A DNA stretch of 64,000 bases from Collinsella sp. (GCA_019419505.1 DXZS01000024.1:118477-182476); one strand, 5' to 3'; shown: positions 32,510 to 40,831, counted from the stretch's first letter. The notes: generated from the sequence alone by a model not told the origin. Made by a program: numbers and translations.

Positions 32510-33727
32510 CTAATCCCACTCCTCGATGCGGGTGAGGTACGGATCGGCACCGTAGCGACCGGACAGGTATTGCTTGTCGAAAGCCGCGTTCTTGCTTACC
32601 AGATTACCGTTTGCCTCGTGGATATCGGCGAGAGACCACAGTTGGCTCGCCTCCCCCTCGCCGCGTGCAGCGAACCATATCTCGTCACGGCGGAAGACAT
32701 CGTTTCGCATGGTTGACACATCCTGGGACGAGAAGATGAGCTGCGCGCCACTCTTGTTGACCTCAGGATCCTTAAACAGCAGAATCACATAGCGAAGAAG
32801 CTTCGGGTGCAGTTTGGCGTCGAGCTCGTCTACCACAACGGTGCCACCACGCTCAAGCGCTGTCATCAGATACGCAGCCAACCCCATGAGCTTCTGGGTA
32901 CCGGCAGATTCCTCGGATAAACGCAGCTCGTACGCCTTGCCGCTCACCTTGTGCCTCACGAAGACGCGCTGGCCGCGCCACTCCGGCGCCCTCTCCACTC
33001 TGAAGCCATCAATACGCACATCAACGGCGCGCAAAAAACGCGTGACCTCGCGCGAGTCGCCCTCGTCGAGCATTTGCTCGAGCATCCGCTCCAGGTAGGA
33101 ACTGTTGTAGTTGAGAAACACGGCGTCGAGAAACCAGCTGGCCGCCTCCTGGACCACCGGCGCATCGAAGTTGATGCAAAGGAACGATAGGTACGGCAGG
33201 CTCGGGTTGAACCTCGCAGCCGTCACAAGCTTACGCAGTGTGGGGCCGAGTTCAACCTTTGTATCCTCGCGCTCGAACAGCATCGCCGTACGCGACGCTC
33301 CCAATTTACGCCGCCACAGCCCTTCGGACATGATCTCATCGGCGTGTACAGACAGAACATAGCGGTACTCATGCTCACCCGCGCGGTAATAGAGCTCGAA
33401 CTCGGTGGGCTCGGCAGCAGACACGTCATCGAACTCAAACGCCGAACAACGGGCTATCAAGGGGAGATCACTCTCTGGTGCATCAGCGCTAGCAGACAGC
33501 AGTCTAATTGGTCTGGCCACCGCCGAACGAACGTAGTCAAGAGCCTCGAGCAGATTAGACTTGCCGCCAGCGTTGGGCCCGTACACCGCAGCCACCGGAA
33601 GGAAACTCTGCCCGTCGGAGCACTCGATGAGGGAACGCTCAAACTCCTTCATCGGCATCGCCTGCATGGAAAGCTCAGCCTCGTCGCGATAGGACCGATA
33701 GTTCTTAAAGGTGAACTGACAAAGCAT
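32510..33727 (-). CDS. rloA: RloA-like AAA_21/ABC-type ATPase
   Basis: FKNYRSY, Walker A YGPNAGGKSN, ESAGTQK, Walker B VVVDELDAKLHP, YLSGRYGADP tail. Confidence 0.88.
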   Translation of the reverse strand: MLCQFTFKNYRSYRDEAELSMQAMPMKEFERSLIECSDGQSFLPVAAVYGPNAGGKSNLLEALDYVRSAVARPIRLLSASADAPESDLPLIARCSAFEFDDVSAAEPTEFELYYRAGEHEYRYVLSVHADEIMSEGLWRRKLGASRTAMLFEREDTKVELGPTLRKLVTAARFNPSLPYLSFLCINFDAPVVQEAASWFLDAVFLNYNSSYLERMLEQMLDEGDSREVTRFLRAVDVRIDGFRVERAPEWRGQRVFVRHKVSGKAYELRLSEESAGTQKLMGLAAYLMTALERGGTVVVDELDAKLHPKLLRYVILLFKDPEVNKSGAQLIFSSQDVSTMRNDVFRRDEIWFAARGEGEASQLWSLADIHEANGNLVSKNAAFDKQYLSGRYGADPYLTRIEEWD

Positions 33728-33781
33728 GGTACTCAACATTCCTTTCATTATTTTGAAAAGATATATCAGAGTTTTTCTTTG

Positions 33782-33809
33782 ATTATAGACTTTAAGTAGT
33801 CTAAATCAA
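33782..33809 (-). promoter_or_regulatory. Sigma70-type promoter of rloAB with an overlapping palindromic operator
   Basis: Minus strand TTGATT-16nt-TATAAT; TAGACT-N6-AGTCTA palindrome (33786-33803) spans the spacer. Confidence 0.65.
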
Positions 33810-34072
33810 GTGCTTGCCACACCAATGACAGCAGGCGCACGGTGCCAAACCGAGCATACTCGACCATCCCATTGTCGGAATGGCGTTTAGCTAGCACGTC
33901 ACACATTACATGCATGAAAAAAGGGCAACACTCTCTAACAGAAGGCGTCACCCTTAAAGCTCCCAAAGAGCTTTTGTATATTGCTATATAGAATATGCAA
34001 CCGATTCGAGAGTGGTTCAAAAAGCTAACCGAAACAACCGTCACGTGACCCCCACAGAGGGTCACCTAACAA

Positions 34073-35029
34073 TTACCCATAGGCGAGCTCCACTAACGCT
34101 GGCATAACGCCTCCACTAGACACAGCCTTACCATAGCTCGCGTACTTAGCTAAAAGTGCATTGCAATACTCCGGTTCAACCTGTTTACAAAAGCTCAAGT
34201 GGCCTAAAACGCGATGGGCATGATTACGATCGCACTCGCGCATAAGCACCTGGTATAAAGAGCGCTTTAGCTCTGCTTTTCTTTGAGGCCCCAGTCGAAG
34301 GACGCCATCGCAGTCGAGATAGATGCCCGTGATTTTACGTAGGTGCCCTCGTCCAAAACAACGAGTTTTGTCATTATTCAAATCAAAACCCTTTAGCCGT
34401 AGGCGGTCACCAACAAAAGTTGAAATCTCCGCAGAGTCTATCCATTCAGTTGATGAAATGCAGATGTCGTCAGAGTATCGCGAGTAGACGAATCTTTCGC
34501 CTAGTCTAGCTGCAATCTCATGATCAAACGAAGCCATTATGCGATTGGCAATAAAGGGCGAACACGGAGAACCCGTTGCAAGAGAACCCCGATAACATGA
34601 TAAAGCTACGAGAAGATCGACATCGTCTGCAGTAAGACGCGAGCGAGATTCAGCGTTTGTCGACCGATACGTTCCCCCTGAAAACAAATTCCTGACCATT
34701 TGCTGAGTGCAGGACTCAAAGAAATGGCAAATATCAAGCAGAAGAAAATGGCTGCTCTTAGCATGGAGCCCGGCATTACGGCAGACGCTTGAGCCCTTTT
34801 CGTAGGCTGTAGCGTAAGGAAGATCTATATCAAACTCAGTATTTATATAATCCGAAATCCAACATTGGACGAGCTTCAAATCTGGCCGAGGCGCAACAAT
34901 CTTTCTTCCACCGGCTAAAAAACTGTGGTACTTATCTGTCGTTGAGCTCGCAAGGTCCAGTAGCTGGCGATTTGTCATTCCAAGATCGAAGCAAATTCTA
35001 TCCGCAATAGACACCGGCAACGCCTCCAT
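34073..35029 (-). CDS. Retron reverse transcriptase
   Basis: RKIVAP...LKLVQ, region X NAGLH (NAxxH), LDICHFF, GSPCSP, YSRYSDD, region Y ITG; 318 aa without maturase or endonuclease domain. Confidence 0.93.
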   Translation of the reverse strand: MEALPVSIADRICFDLGMTNRQLLDLASSTTDKYHSFLAGGRKIVAPRPDLKLVQCWISDYINTEFDIDLPYATAYEKGSSVCRNAGLHAKSSHFLLLDICHFFESCTQQMVRNLFSGGTYRSTNAESRSRLTADDVDLLVALSCYRGSLATGSPCSPFIANRIMASFDHEIAARLGERFVYSRYSDDICISSTEWIDSAEISTFVGDRLRLKGFDLNNDKTRCFGRGHLRKITGIYLDCDGVLRLGPQRKAELKRSLYQVLMRECDRNHAHRVLGHLSFCKQVEPEYCNALLAKYASYGKAVSSGGVMPALVELAYG

Positions 35030-36005
35030 ACCCCATTGATCTCTTACGAAGGATTACCCGCGCCCTCATGTTTGAGAAATCTTGGTCTTCGCTTCCCTTA
35101 AACATGAAATAGGAATCGAGGTGTATCGTGCTTTTAATCAGATAATCCGGACCCCTATTGCATCTCACTTTAGAAACAAGACCGGTAGCTCTCATCATGC
35201 AGCAAACATCCGACCAAGATATCGGAACGCCGGCATTTTTCATATCCGCATTTAAAATGGGCGAGTATATTTTGAGCTTACTAGCACGGAAGCCTTTGGC
35301 CGCACAGTATATCGTTCGTAAATCGGTCTCTGACATGGGGCCCAATATTTGAAGCAAATCAAGTAACTCGTGGACGAGCGAGCCCACGTTAATCTTGGAC
35401 TCATCTCGATTGATCATCTTTCTAGCGGCCTTTAAGCCAGCCTTGCCCCGCTTAGTAGCATTAACACCAATGAGGGGTCTTAGTTCAGAAACAAAGCGGC
35501 ACAAGTCAGGCGAAGACATTGGGTTATTTAAGTCTAAGTAAAAGACTTTGTTAAGCGAAGAGTCGCCTGTGGCTATTTCTTTCACTGGCCCATCAATCAA
35601 GAAGCTCCGAGAGCCCTTATATTGCTTTCCAACAGCAACAGAGGTGATCAAAGCAGCATGAGGCAAAGCAGAGAAAGCGCCCAACTCGCAAAAAGATCCA
35701 CAGCTCTCTGCAAAAATCAATATCCAGTCAGATATGTCGGCAAGCATGGCCTCTTGCTGAAGTAAATTAAGTCTCGAACCGTCCATTTCCGCCGCTACGT
35801 CTTCGGCGGTAAGACAAAAAACGTTTTTTAAAGCCTCGGTGTGATTGTTGGACACATAAGCTCTAAAGAATCGTCGAGAGGAATGCAGGCTCTGATCACC
35901 GCCGCAGGGAAAGATAAACAAGGGCAGTTTATTAACGTCACGATAAACCCTCAGATGACTTCTCAGGATATTCAAATCAGTTTTACTGATACAGTCGCAG
36001 AGCAT
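34998..36005 (-). CDS. Retron effector, St85/Ec86 type (NDT-like domain + winged helix)
   Basis: IFPCGG, AEDV, NLLQQEAMLADISDWILIFAESCGSFCELGAF, SFLIDGPV; start set at ATG 36005 after GAGGTG; overlaps the RT start by 32 nt. Confidence 0.85.
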   Translation of the reverse strand: MLCDCISKTDLNILRSHLRVYRDVNKLPLFIFPCGGDQSLHSSRRFFRAYVSNNHTEALKNVFCLTAEDVAAEMDGSRLNLLQQEAMLADISDWILIFAESCGSFCELGAFSALPHAALITSVAVGKQYKGSRSFLIDGPVKEIATGDSSLNKVFYLDLNNPMSSPDLCRFVSELRPLIGVNATKRGKAGLKAARKMINRDESKINVGSLVHELLDLLQILGPMSETDLRTIYCAAKGFRASKLKIYSPILNADMKNAGVPISWSDVCCMMRATGLVSKVRCNRGPDYLIKSTIHLDSYFMFKGSEDQDFSNMRARVILRKRSMGYGGVAGVYCG

Positions 36006-36024
36006 TGCACCTCGATTCCAATAA

Positions 36025-36194
36025 GGACAAGGCCGCACAGTCCGTGCATATGGTTATTCCGTAGGCACGGTTTCGGGTCCGTGGCTACGGAATAACCATA
36101 TGCACGGACCCGAATTGGTAAAAACGTCTCAGTCCATCTTTAACAGAGGACTCGCTCCAGTCGGGGCAATCAATGACTAGCTGCGACCTTGTCC
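36025..36194 (-). ncRNA. Retron msr-msd non-coding RNA
   Basis: a1 GGACAAGGUCGCA (36194-36182) pairs with a2 UGCGGCCUUGUCC (36037-36025), 13 bp with one G-U. Unpaired G at 36181 is the branch candidate. msr hairpin at 36131-36152; 25-bp perfect msd stem 36040-36064/36085-36109. Confidence 0.88.
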
Positions 36195-36200
36195 CCAGTA

Positions 36201-36209
36201 ACTTTACCA
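36201..36209 (-). promoter_or_regulatory. Extended -10 promoter for the retron operon
   Basis: TGGTAAAGT (TGn-TAAAGT) lies 6-7 nt upstream of the a1 arm, so the predicted TSS coincides with the ncRNA 5' end. Confidence 0.55.
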
Positions 36210-36445
36210 TCAATTTGTGTCTTAGGCTGGATATTGGCCGTCTTTAAATCCCACGGCAGACATATGCGCTCGCTCTTGGCTATATTTGTCGTCACCACAA
36301 ATAACGACAGTCCTAAACCAAACCCGAATCAAACATCAGCAGAGCCGCGACGTTGCGCCAAGTTCCACCATCAAGTGAACATCACATTTATGCGCCCTGT
36401 CTACAAAAGCAATATCAATATTTGCAAAAATCGGAGTTAAATTCC

Positions 36446-36730
36446 CTAGCCAACAACCGTCCAATCACTACCGGCAGTACTCGAAATCTTTGAAGAATCA
36501 CCGTTGCACACGATGGTCGCCGAAGCGCCGGGCACATACTTGACCTCAAGAACGGAAACGCCTTGTTCCTTAAGCTTCGAGGTCATCTCGGTTATCTGGG
36601 TTTTACTCACATCATTTTTGCTAACCAGCTTGACACCATTGGCATCATTTTCAAGCAGGCAGGATACTGCCGTTTTGTAATCGGACCAATTAACAGTACT
36701 CTCCAGAAAGCCATCCAAGCTCGATGGCAC
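36446..36730 (-). CDS. Small hypothetical protein (94 aa), possibly the 3' part of a disrupted gene
   Basis: Natural-looking alpha/beta composition, co-oriented between CD-NTase and retron; weak start context. Confidence 0.45.
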   Translation of the reverse strand: MPSSLDGFLESTVNWSDYKTAVSCLLENDANGVKLVSKNDVSKTQITEMTSKLKEQGVSVLEVKYVPGASATIVCNGDSSKISSTAGSDWTVVG

Positions 36731-37072
36731 ATATCGAACCGGTCACAGAAACCGTCATTGGACGCAAACCGTAGCGCTGCCTTTCCTCAAATTCCAGAAC
36801 ATCGCAAAAGACGCGGTCAGCATTAAGCAATCTCGTTCCACAATAGTCCCCGTAAAATGGCGCAAAGTGATTGCGGATAGCCCGCGACAACATCCAGTTG
36901 TCGCAGAAACGTCAAAGGGCCGTTGCCGGAAAACCGAACAACGACCCTTCTTTGTCATCGCCTCACGTAGAGTCCACGACGGCTATATCACTGAGAACAT
37001 CTTACAGCGACGCTTATCGACCCAGCTGGGCGATAATCAAACCAGATCAAAGAACGCAATTCGTGCTTTGAG

Positions 37073-38374
37073 CTAACTGATAGGAACTTCAATTCTAGAT
37101 CGTGCTATACAAACGCCGTTCCTAACCGCATAGCACTCGACATAATGTGGGCCAACAAAATCAGTCTTCTCGTCATGGAAGCCATCTTTATTGCCACGTT
37201 GAATTTCGCCTCGGATGCAGTTTCTCTGAAATGCCGCTTCACCGCGGTTGCGAACTTTCCAGTAAAAAGAGCAATCCCTAAAAGAAGCAGCATTGACAAC
37301 AAAGAAATGAAGCGAGCGCTTTCGTAGTAAAGGACAATGTCTAGACAACATATCCCTAAGTAATGAGGGCCTAAAACCATGTTGTATAACTTGGCAATCG
37401 ATTTCCATCGAACGACGAATATCAACCTTAAATTGGTCCTCGACAAATCGCTCATCAATGGCCACGCCATACTTGGAAGCAAATTGGGCTTCTTCACTAT
37501 CGGAAGAACCATCGACAACAGCTTCGGAAAACGACTTTCCAAATAAATCAATGAGAACTTGCTCTTTTTCATCAGAGCTAGTGGCATCAATTAGTTTTCC
37601 ATGAGCTTTCTTGGCTTTTGGTACAAACGCCCCATTGTCATCATTCGTAACCTGTTGGTTGCTGCCCAGAGCATGCCAAAAAGATTGTTCGCAATCTTGC
37701 TCGGACAAAAATTTAAAGAGGTCGGACAAGAGATCATACGGGTCGCTGGAACGGTCTTTCTGATTATAAAAACTATTAACAAGAGTATCGATGAGCAAGC
37801 CCTTAAAATGAAATCCAAGAGTATTTTTCCAAACCCTTAGAGCATTGCAGAGCCTTTTGCCATCTCCATCGGTCCTTTCAAATAGAACAGAACAGGCATC
37901 TTGCTCAGGAATAGGATCCGTCTTTTTCCAAGACCCACCATCATTTGAATCGGGATAATTGAACGATCCGTCGTCCTGCTCAAAAGCAGGAACCAAATCA
38001 ATCGAATAAAACCTATCAGTGAAGTTAATCACTACAGCTTGTCCGTCACCTTTTATGTCAGTCTTGGAGTAACGGCTTTTAATTGTTTTTTTGACTTCTT
38101 GGAGAAGCGCCGACTGCCCATTAGAGTCATAGGCATTGAATCTCGTATAAACTTCCTGCGGCAGTACAAACAAAAGGTCAAGATCGCTAGTTTCGGAAAC
38201 AGCAGTTTGCCGACCAACTGATCCAACCACAAGACAATGATCATCGACAGAATCCAAATCGTAGTATTTTTTGTTCAATAATTTCGTCAATGACTCAATC
38301 GACGATTGATACTCACTCAATGAATCAAGCGAAATTGATTCGAAGAAATTCTCAAAAGATTGCTTTTCGTCCAT
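37073..38374 (-). CDS. SMODS/CD-NTase cyclic oligonucleotide synthase fused to AGS-C domain (CBASS-like)
   Basis: VGSVGRQTAV...SDLDLLFVLP, GDGQAVVINF, IDLVPAF, WKKTDP; C-terminal YWKVRNRG...IRGEI...ExTDFVGPHYVECY. Confidence 0.9.
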   Translation of the reverse strand: MDEKQSFENFFESISLDSLSEYQSSIESLTKLLNKKYYDLDSVDDHCLVVGSVGRQTAVSETSDLDLLFVLPQEVYTRFNAYDSNGQSALLQEVKKTIKSRYSKTDIKGDGQAVVINFTDRFYSIDLVPAFEQDDGSFNYPDSNDGGSWKKTDPIPEQDACSVLFERTDGDGKRLCNALRVWKNTLGFHFKGLLIDTLVNSFYNQKDRSSDPYDLLSDLFKFLSEQDCEQSFWHALGSNQQVTNDDNGAFVPKAKKAHGKLIDATSSDEKEQVLIDLFGKSFSEAVVDGSSDSEEAQFASKYGVAIDERFVEDQFKVDIRRSMEIDCQVIQHGFRPSLLRDMLSRHCPLLRKRSLHFFVVNAASFRDCSFYWKVRNRGEAAFQRNCIRGEIQRGNKDGFHDEKTDFVGPHYVECYAVRNGVCIARSRIEVPIS

Positions 38375-38388
38375 GTTGGTCCCTTCAG

Positions 38389-38958
38389 TTATCTAACCAG
38401 ATCCCTCAATCCAACAGGGAGAATCTGTTCTATCTCTACCGGAGAAAACCCACAGTTGCCCGCCTTAATGCTTTCACGGGCCTTTGAATAGGCTTTGGGA
38501 TTTGTCATAGGGCTTTTTGCGTAAATTGAAGCAACTTCCTTTTGAAAAGAATCGCGACGAGATCTGATTTCCGCCAAATCAAATGAGCGGCTGTCAGCAA
38601 GAAGTGATAGATACCCCTGAAGAATCACCCAAATTGCATCTGCGGTAGCGCCATGACAATTTGCCCTCTCGCTCAAGTTTGCCCCTTTAAGATAAATTGT
38701 TATTGCTAGACTGATGACAGATAGCCCGGCGGCAACCAGCGCCGCAATTTCCATTCCAGATAGCCAGATACTTACAAAGCCACAAGCGGAAACCGATGTC
38801 AAAACAGTCTGCATTACGGATAAACGGTTGTTGAGTCCGTTGGCGCTGTCTGCCGCAACGAGCTGCGTCTTATACGTATATAAAAGATTTGCATAAGCCT
38901 CAGCTATTTGCAGTAAGAGCCTGCGGCTTTCATCAAACTCTTCAGCGGTTGTTTCCAT
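38389..38958 (-). CDS. SLATT-family 2-TM effector
   Basis: QIAEAYANLLYTYKTQ...AD, two TM helices, H...AD.IW...YLSLLAD, YAKSP.T...AYSKAR; GGAGG RBS; 14 bp from the CD-NTase. Confidence 0.85.
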   Translation of the reverse strand: METTAEEFDESRRLLLQIAEAYANLLYTYKTQLVAADSANGLNNRLSVMQTVLTSVSACGFVSIWLSGMEIAALVAAGLSVISLAITIYLKGANLSERANCHGATADAIWVILQGYLSLLADSRSFDLAEIRSRRDSFQKEVASIYAKSPMTNPKAYSKARESIKAGNCGFSPVEIEQILPVGLRDLVR

Positions 38959-39074
38959 TGCTATCCTCCAAACAGTCAGTGTTTTTCTAAAAGGATAGGA
39001 CGCCGCGAGGACAAAAAATATTGCACAATAAGGCGGACATTAACCCCGAGATTCGAGTACCAGAAGTGAGCCAT

Positions 39075-39758
39075 ATGCATAGCCCCATTGATAGCGAAAA
39101 CTACGTCAAGCCCATCCTTGGCAGGACCAAAATCGATATCTGGGAGTGTTATGCAAGACATGTTCTGCAATTTATCGATAGCAACAAATATGGCAATTTG
39201 GCTTACAGCGACAAACCGGATCTGATCGATCGGGCGCAGTCCCTAGGCATCGAGGTAACAGCTTCCCAATCGCAAGACAGCAGAAAGGCAGAATCCCTCT
39301 ATTCCAAACTCCTATACGAGAATGATTCTTCTCAGGAAAAACGCCGAATCGAACTTATTGAGCAATGTGGAGCGCATTTCGAAAAAGGAGTCCTGTTTGG
39401 TCCAAATGGTACGGATTCATTCGAGCCGATTATTGAAGCTCTTCGCAAAAAGCTGGACAGACTCGACTCTGGTGACTACGAACTCTTTAGGAGAAACGAG
39501 TTGTTTGTCAGATCCAATATTCTTGCTGACGAGGAAATGCTTCGCGAAGCGCTCTCCAACATGAAAAAAGAATCCCGAGATCACTCATGGCACTTCGTAT
39601 CTGTTATCGTCTCGGTCCCTGGATACAATTACATTTTCGACCTCGATGCATCGACATGCGTATCCCTTGAATTCGGATACGCAGACCAGTATCGAATTGC
39701 TCTTGAAGCAAACAAGGAAGTGAACATCGCAGAGTCAAGCCGAGCTGAGTTACTATAA
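39075..39758 (+). CDS. Hypothetical protein with PD-(D/E)xK-like motif
   Basis: SDKPDLID...LGIEVT; divergent from the SLATT gene; start 39075 or 39021. Confidence 0.65.
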   Translation: MHSPIDSENYVKPILGRTKIDIWECYARHVLQFIDSNKYGNLAYSDKPDLIDRAQSLGIEVTASQSQDSRKAESLYSKLLYENDSSQEKRRIELIEQCGAHFEKGVLFGPNGTDSFEPIIEALRKKLDRLDSGDYELFRRNELFVRSNILADEEMLREALSNMKKESRDHSWHFVSVIVSVPGYNYIFDLDASTCVSLEFGYADQYRIALEANKEVNIAESSRAELL

Positions 39759-39975
39759 CCGATCAACTAGCAGACCATTTCGCAGCAGGTCGGAATAAAG
39801 CCCCCAGAGTTCTTTGCTGTACAAGCCTCAGAGTCCCAATGAGCCAGCACACCCAAGCGGCGCAGGTCCACGTCAATCCGGCACGAAGGTTTTGAGAATT
39901 TCTCTTATCTTGGCAATGAGAAAACGGGGCACACACAAGGTGACCCGGGCACCTCCACCCAAGAAAGGATCCGCC

Positions 39976-40647
39976 ATGTCAAAAGACGACATCGAGTACC
40001 TTCTAAAATTCGCTCCCAGGGAGGCATACGTCGACGACTTGATAAACGGTCGCCTCTACATGAACGCGGCCGGCTACTATCATGGCCTGCCTGGCGAGCA
40101 GGGCGATCCGCTCGAGGCGTCCATGGCTCCCGGGGTGTGCCTCTACAGATATACTTCCCTGCCCATCTACTGCATGTACACGGTCCGCGAGAACGATATC
40201 GTCAACAACACTGTGAAAATCCCGAAACGCATGATCCAGGAGTTCGGATGCGAGGACGGATGGATCGGCATTGTGCAGTACGCCAGCTTCGCGCGCCTCG
40301 CCGACAGACACATTGCCGAAGGCGGAAGCATCTACGCCCACGGTCCCATCTCCTACGGCGTCCCTGGGCCAAAACTGATCCGCGAGATCTTTGGGGGCAT
40401 CCCGCACAATCTCGTTATCAAAACGCCCAAGTATGCATATCAGAAGGAGTATCGAATCATCGGGTCGCGTCCGGTCGAATGTCGCCTTTTACCAGACGAG
40501 AATCACCCGGGCTGCAAAATTGAAAAATACGACCACGCAGAACTTGACCTAAGCAGCAGCCTAGCGGACTTTTCCTGGAAGGTCTCGGTGGCGAGTCTCG
40601 AAGAAGCGCGAGACGGCCTCATGCTGGATTTGCCGCATCAGGCATAG
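39976..40647 (+). CDS. Hypothetical protein, distantly DUF2971-like
   Basis: LLKF...GRLYMN, IYCMY, KTPKYAYQKEYRI motifs; AAGGA RBS before ATG 39976. Confidence 0.65.
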   Translation: MSKDDIEYLLKFAPREAYVDDLINGRLYMNAAGYYHGLPGEQGDPLEASMAPGVCLYRYTSLPIYCMYTVRENDIVNNTVKIPKRMIQEFGCEDGWIGIVQYASFARLADRHIAEGGSIYAHGPISYGVPGPKLIREIFGGIPHNLVIKTPKYAYQKEYRIIGSRPVECRLLPDENHPGCKIEKYDHAELDLSSSLADFSWKVSVASLEEARDGLMLDLPHQA

Positions 40648-40831
40648 TCAGCCCAACGCGATCCACAACGTCACCGGGCAACCAACCACCCCTCCCCCTC
40701 CCCAACATTCCCCAGAAAGTTCGCTGATGTTGACTGGGGTTCCCGTAAAATAATCCCCAACAAAATATGTGCGGAGTGCTGGCCTGGAGCTGCCTTCGGA
40801 CCCTATTGGCTGCTCACCGAGAGGCTCCGCT

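Noticed and set aside
33766..34065. 99-aa ORF between RT and rloA
   Set aside because: TTG start without RBS, atypical composition, and it overlaps the predicted rloA promoter.
34073..35029. RT as group II intron, DGR or Abi/DRT-type RT
   Set aside because: Short, no maturase domain, no TR/VR repeat pair seen; NAxxH and ITG motifs, effector and msr-msd all point to a retron.
36006..36038. ORF-track start of the effector at 36038 (MRPCPYWNRGA...)
   Set aside because: It lies in the a2 arm of the ncRNA; ATG 36005 has a proper GAGGTG RBS.
36040..36109. Long hairpin as a terminator or REP element
   Set aside because: No U-tract, no other copy in the window, and it is nested within a1/a2 arms upstream of a retron operon.
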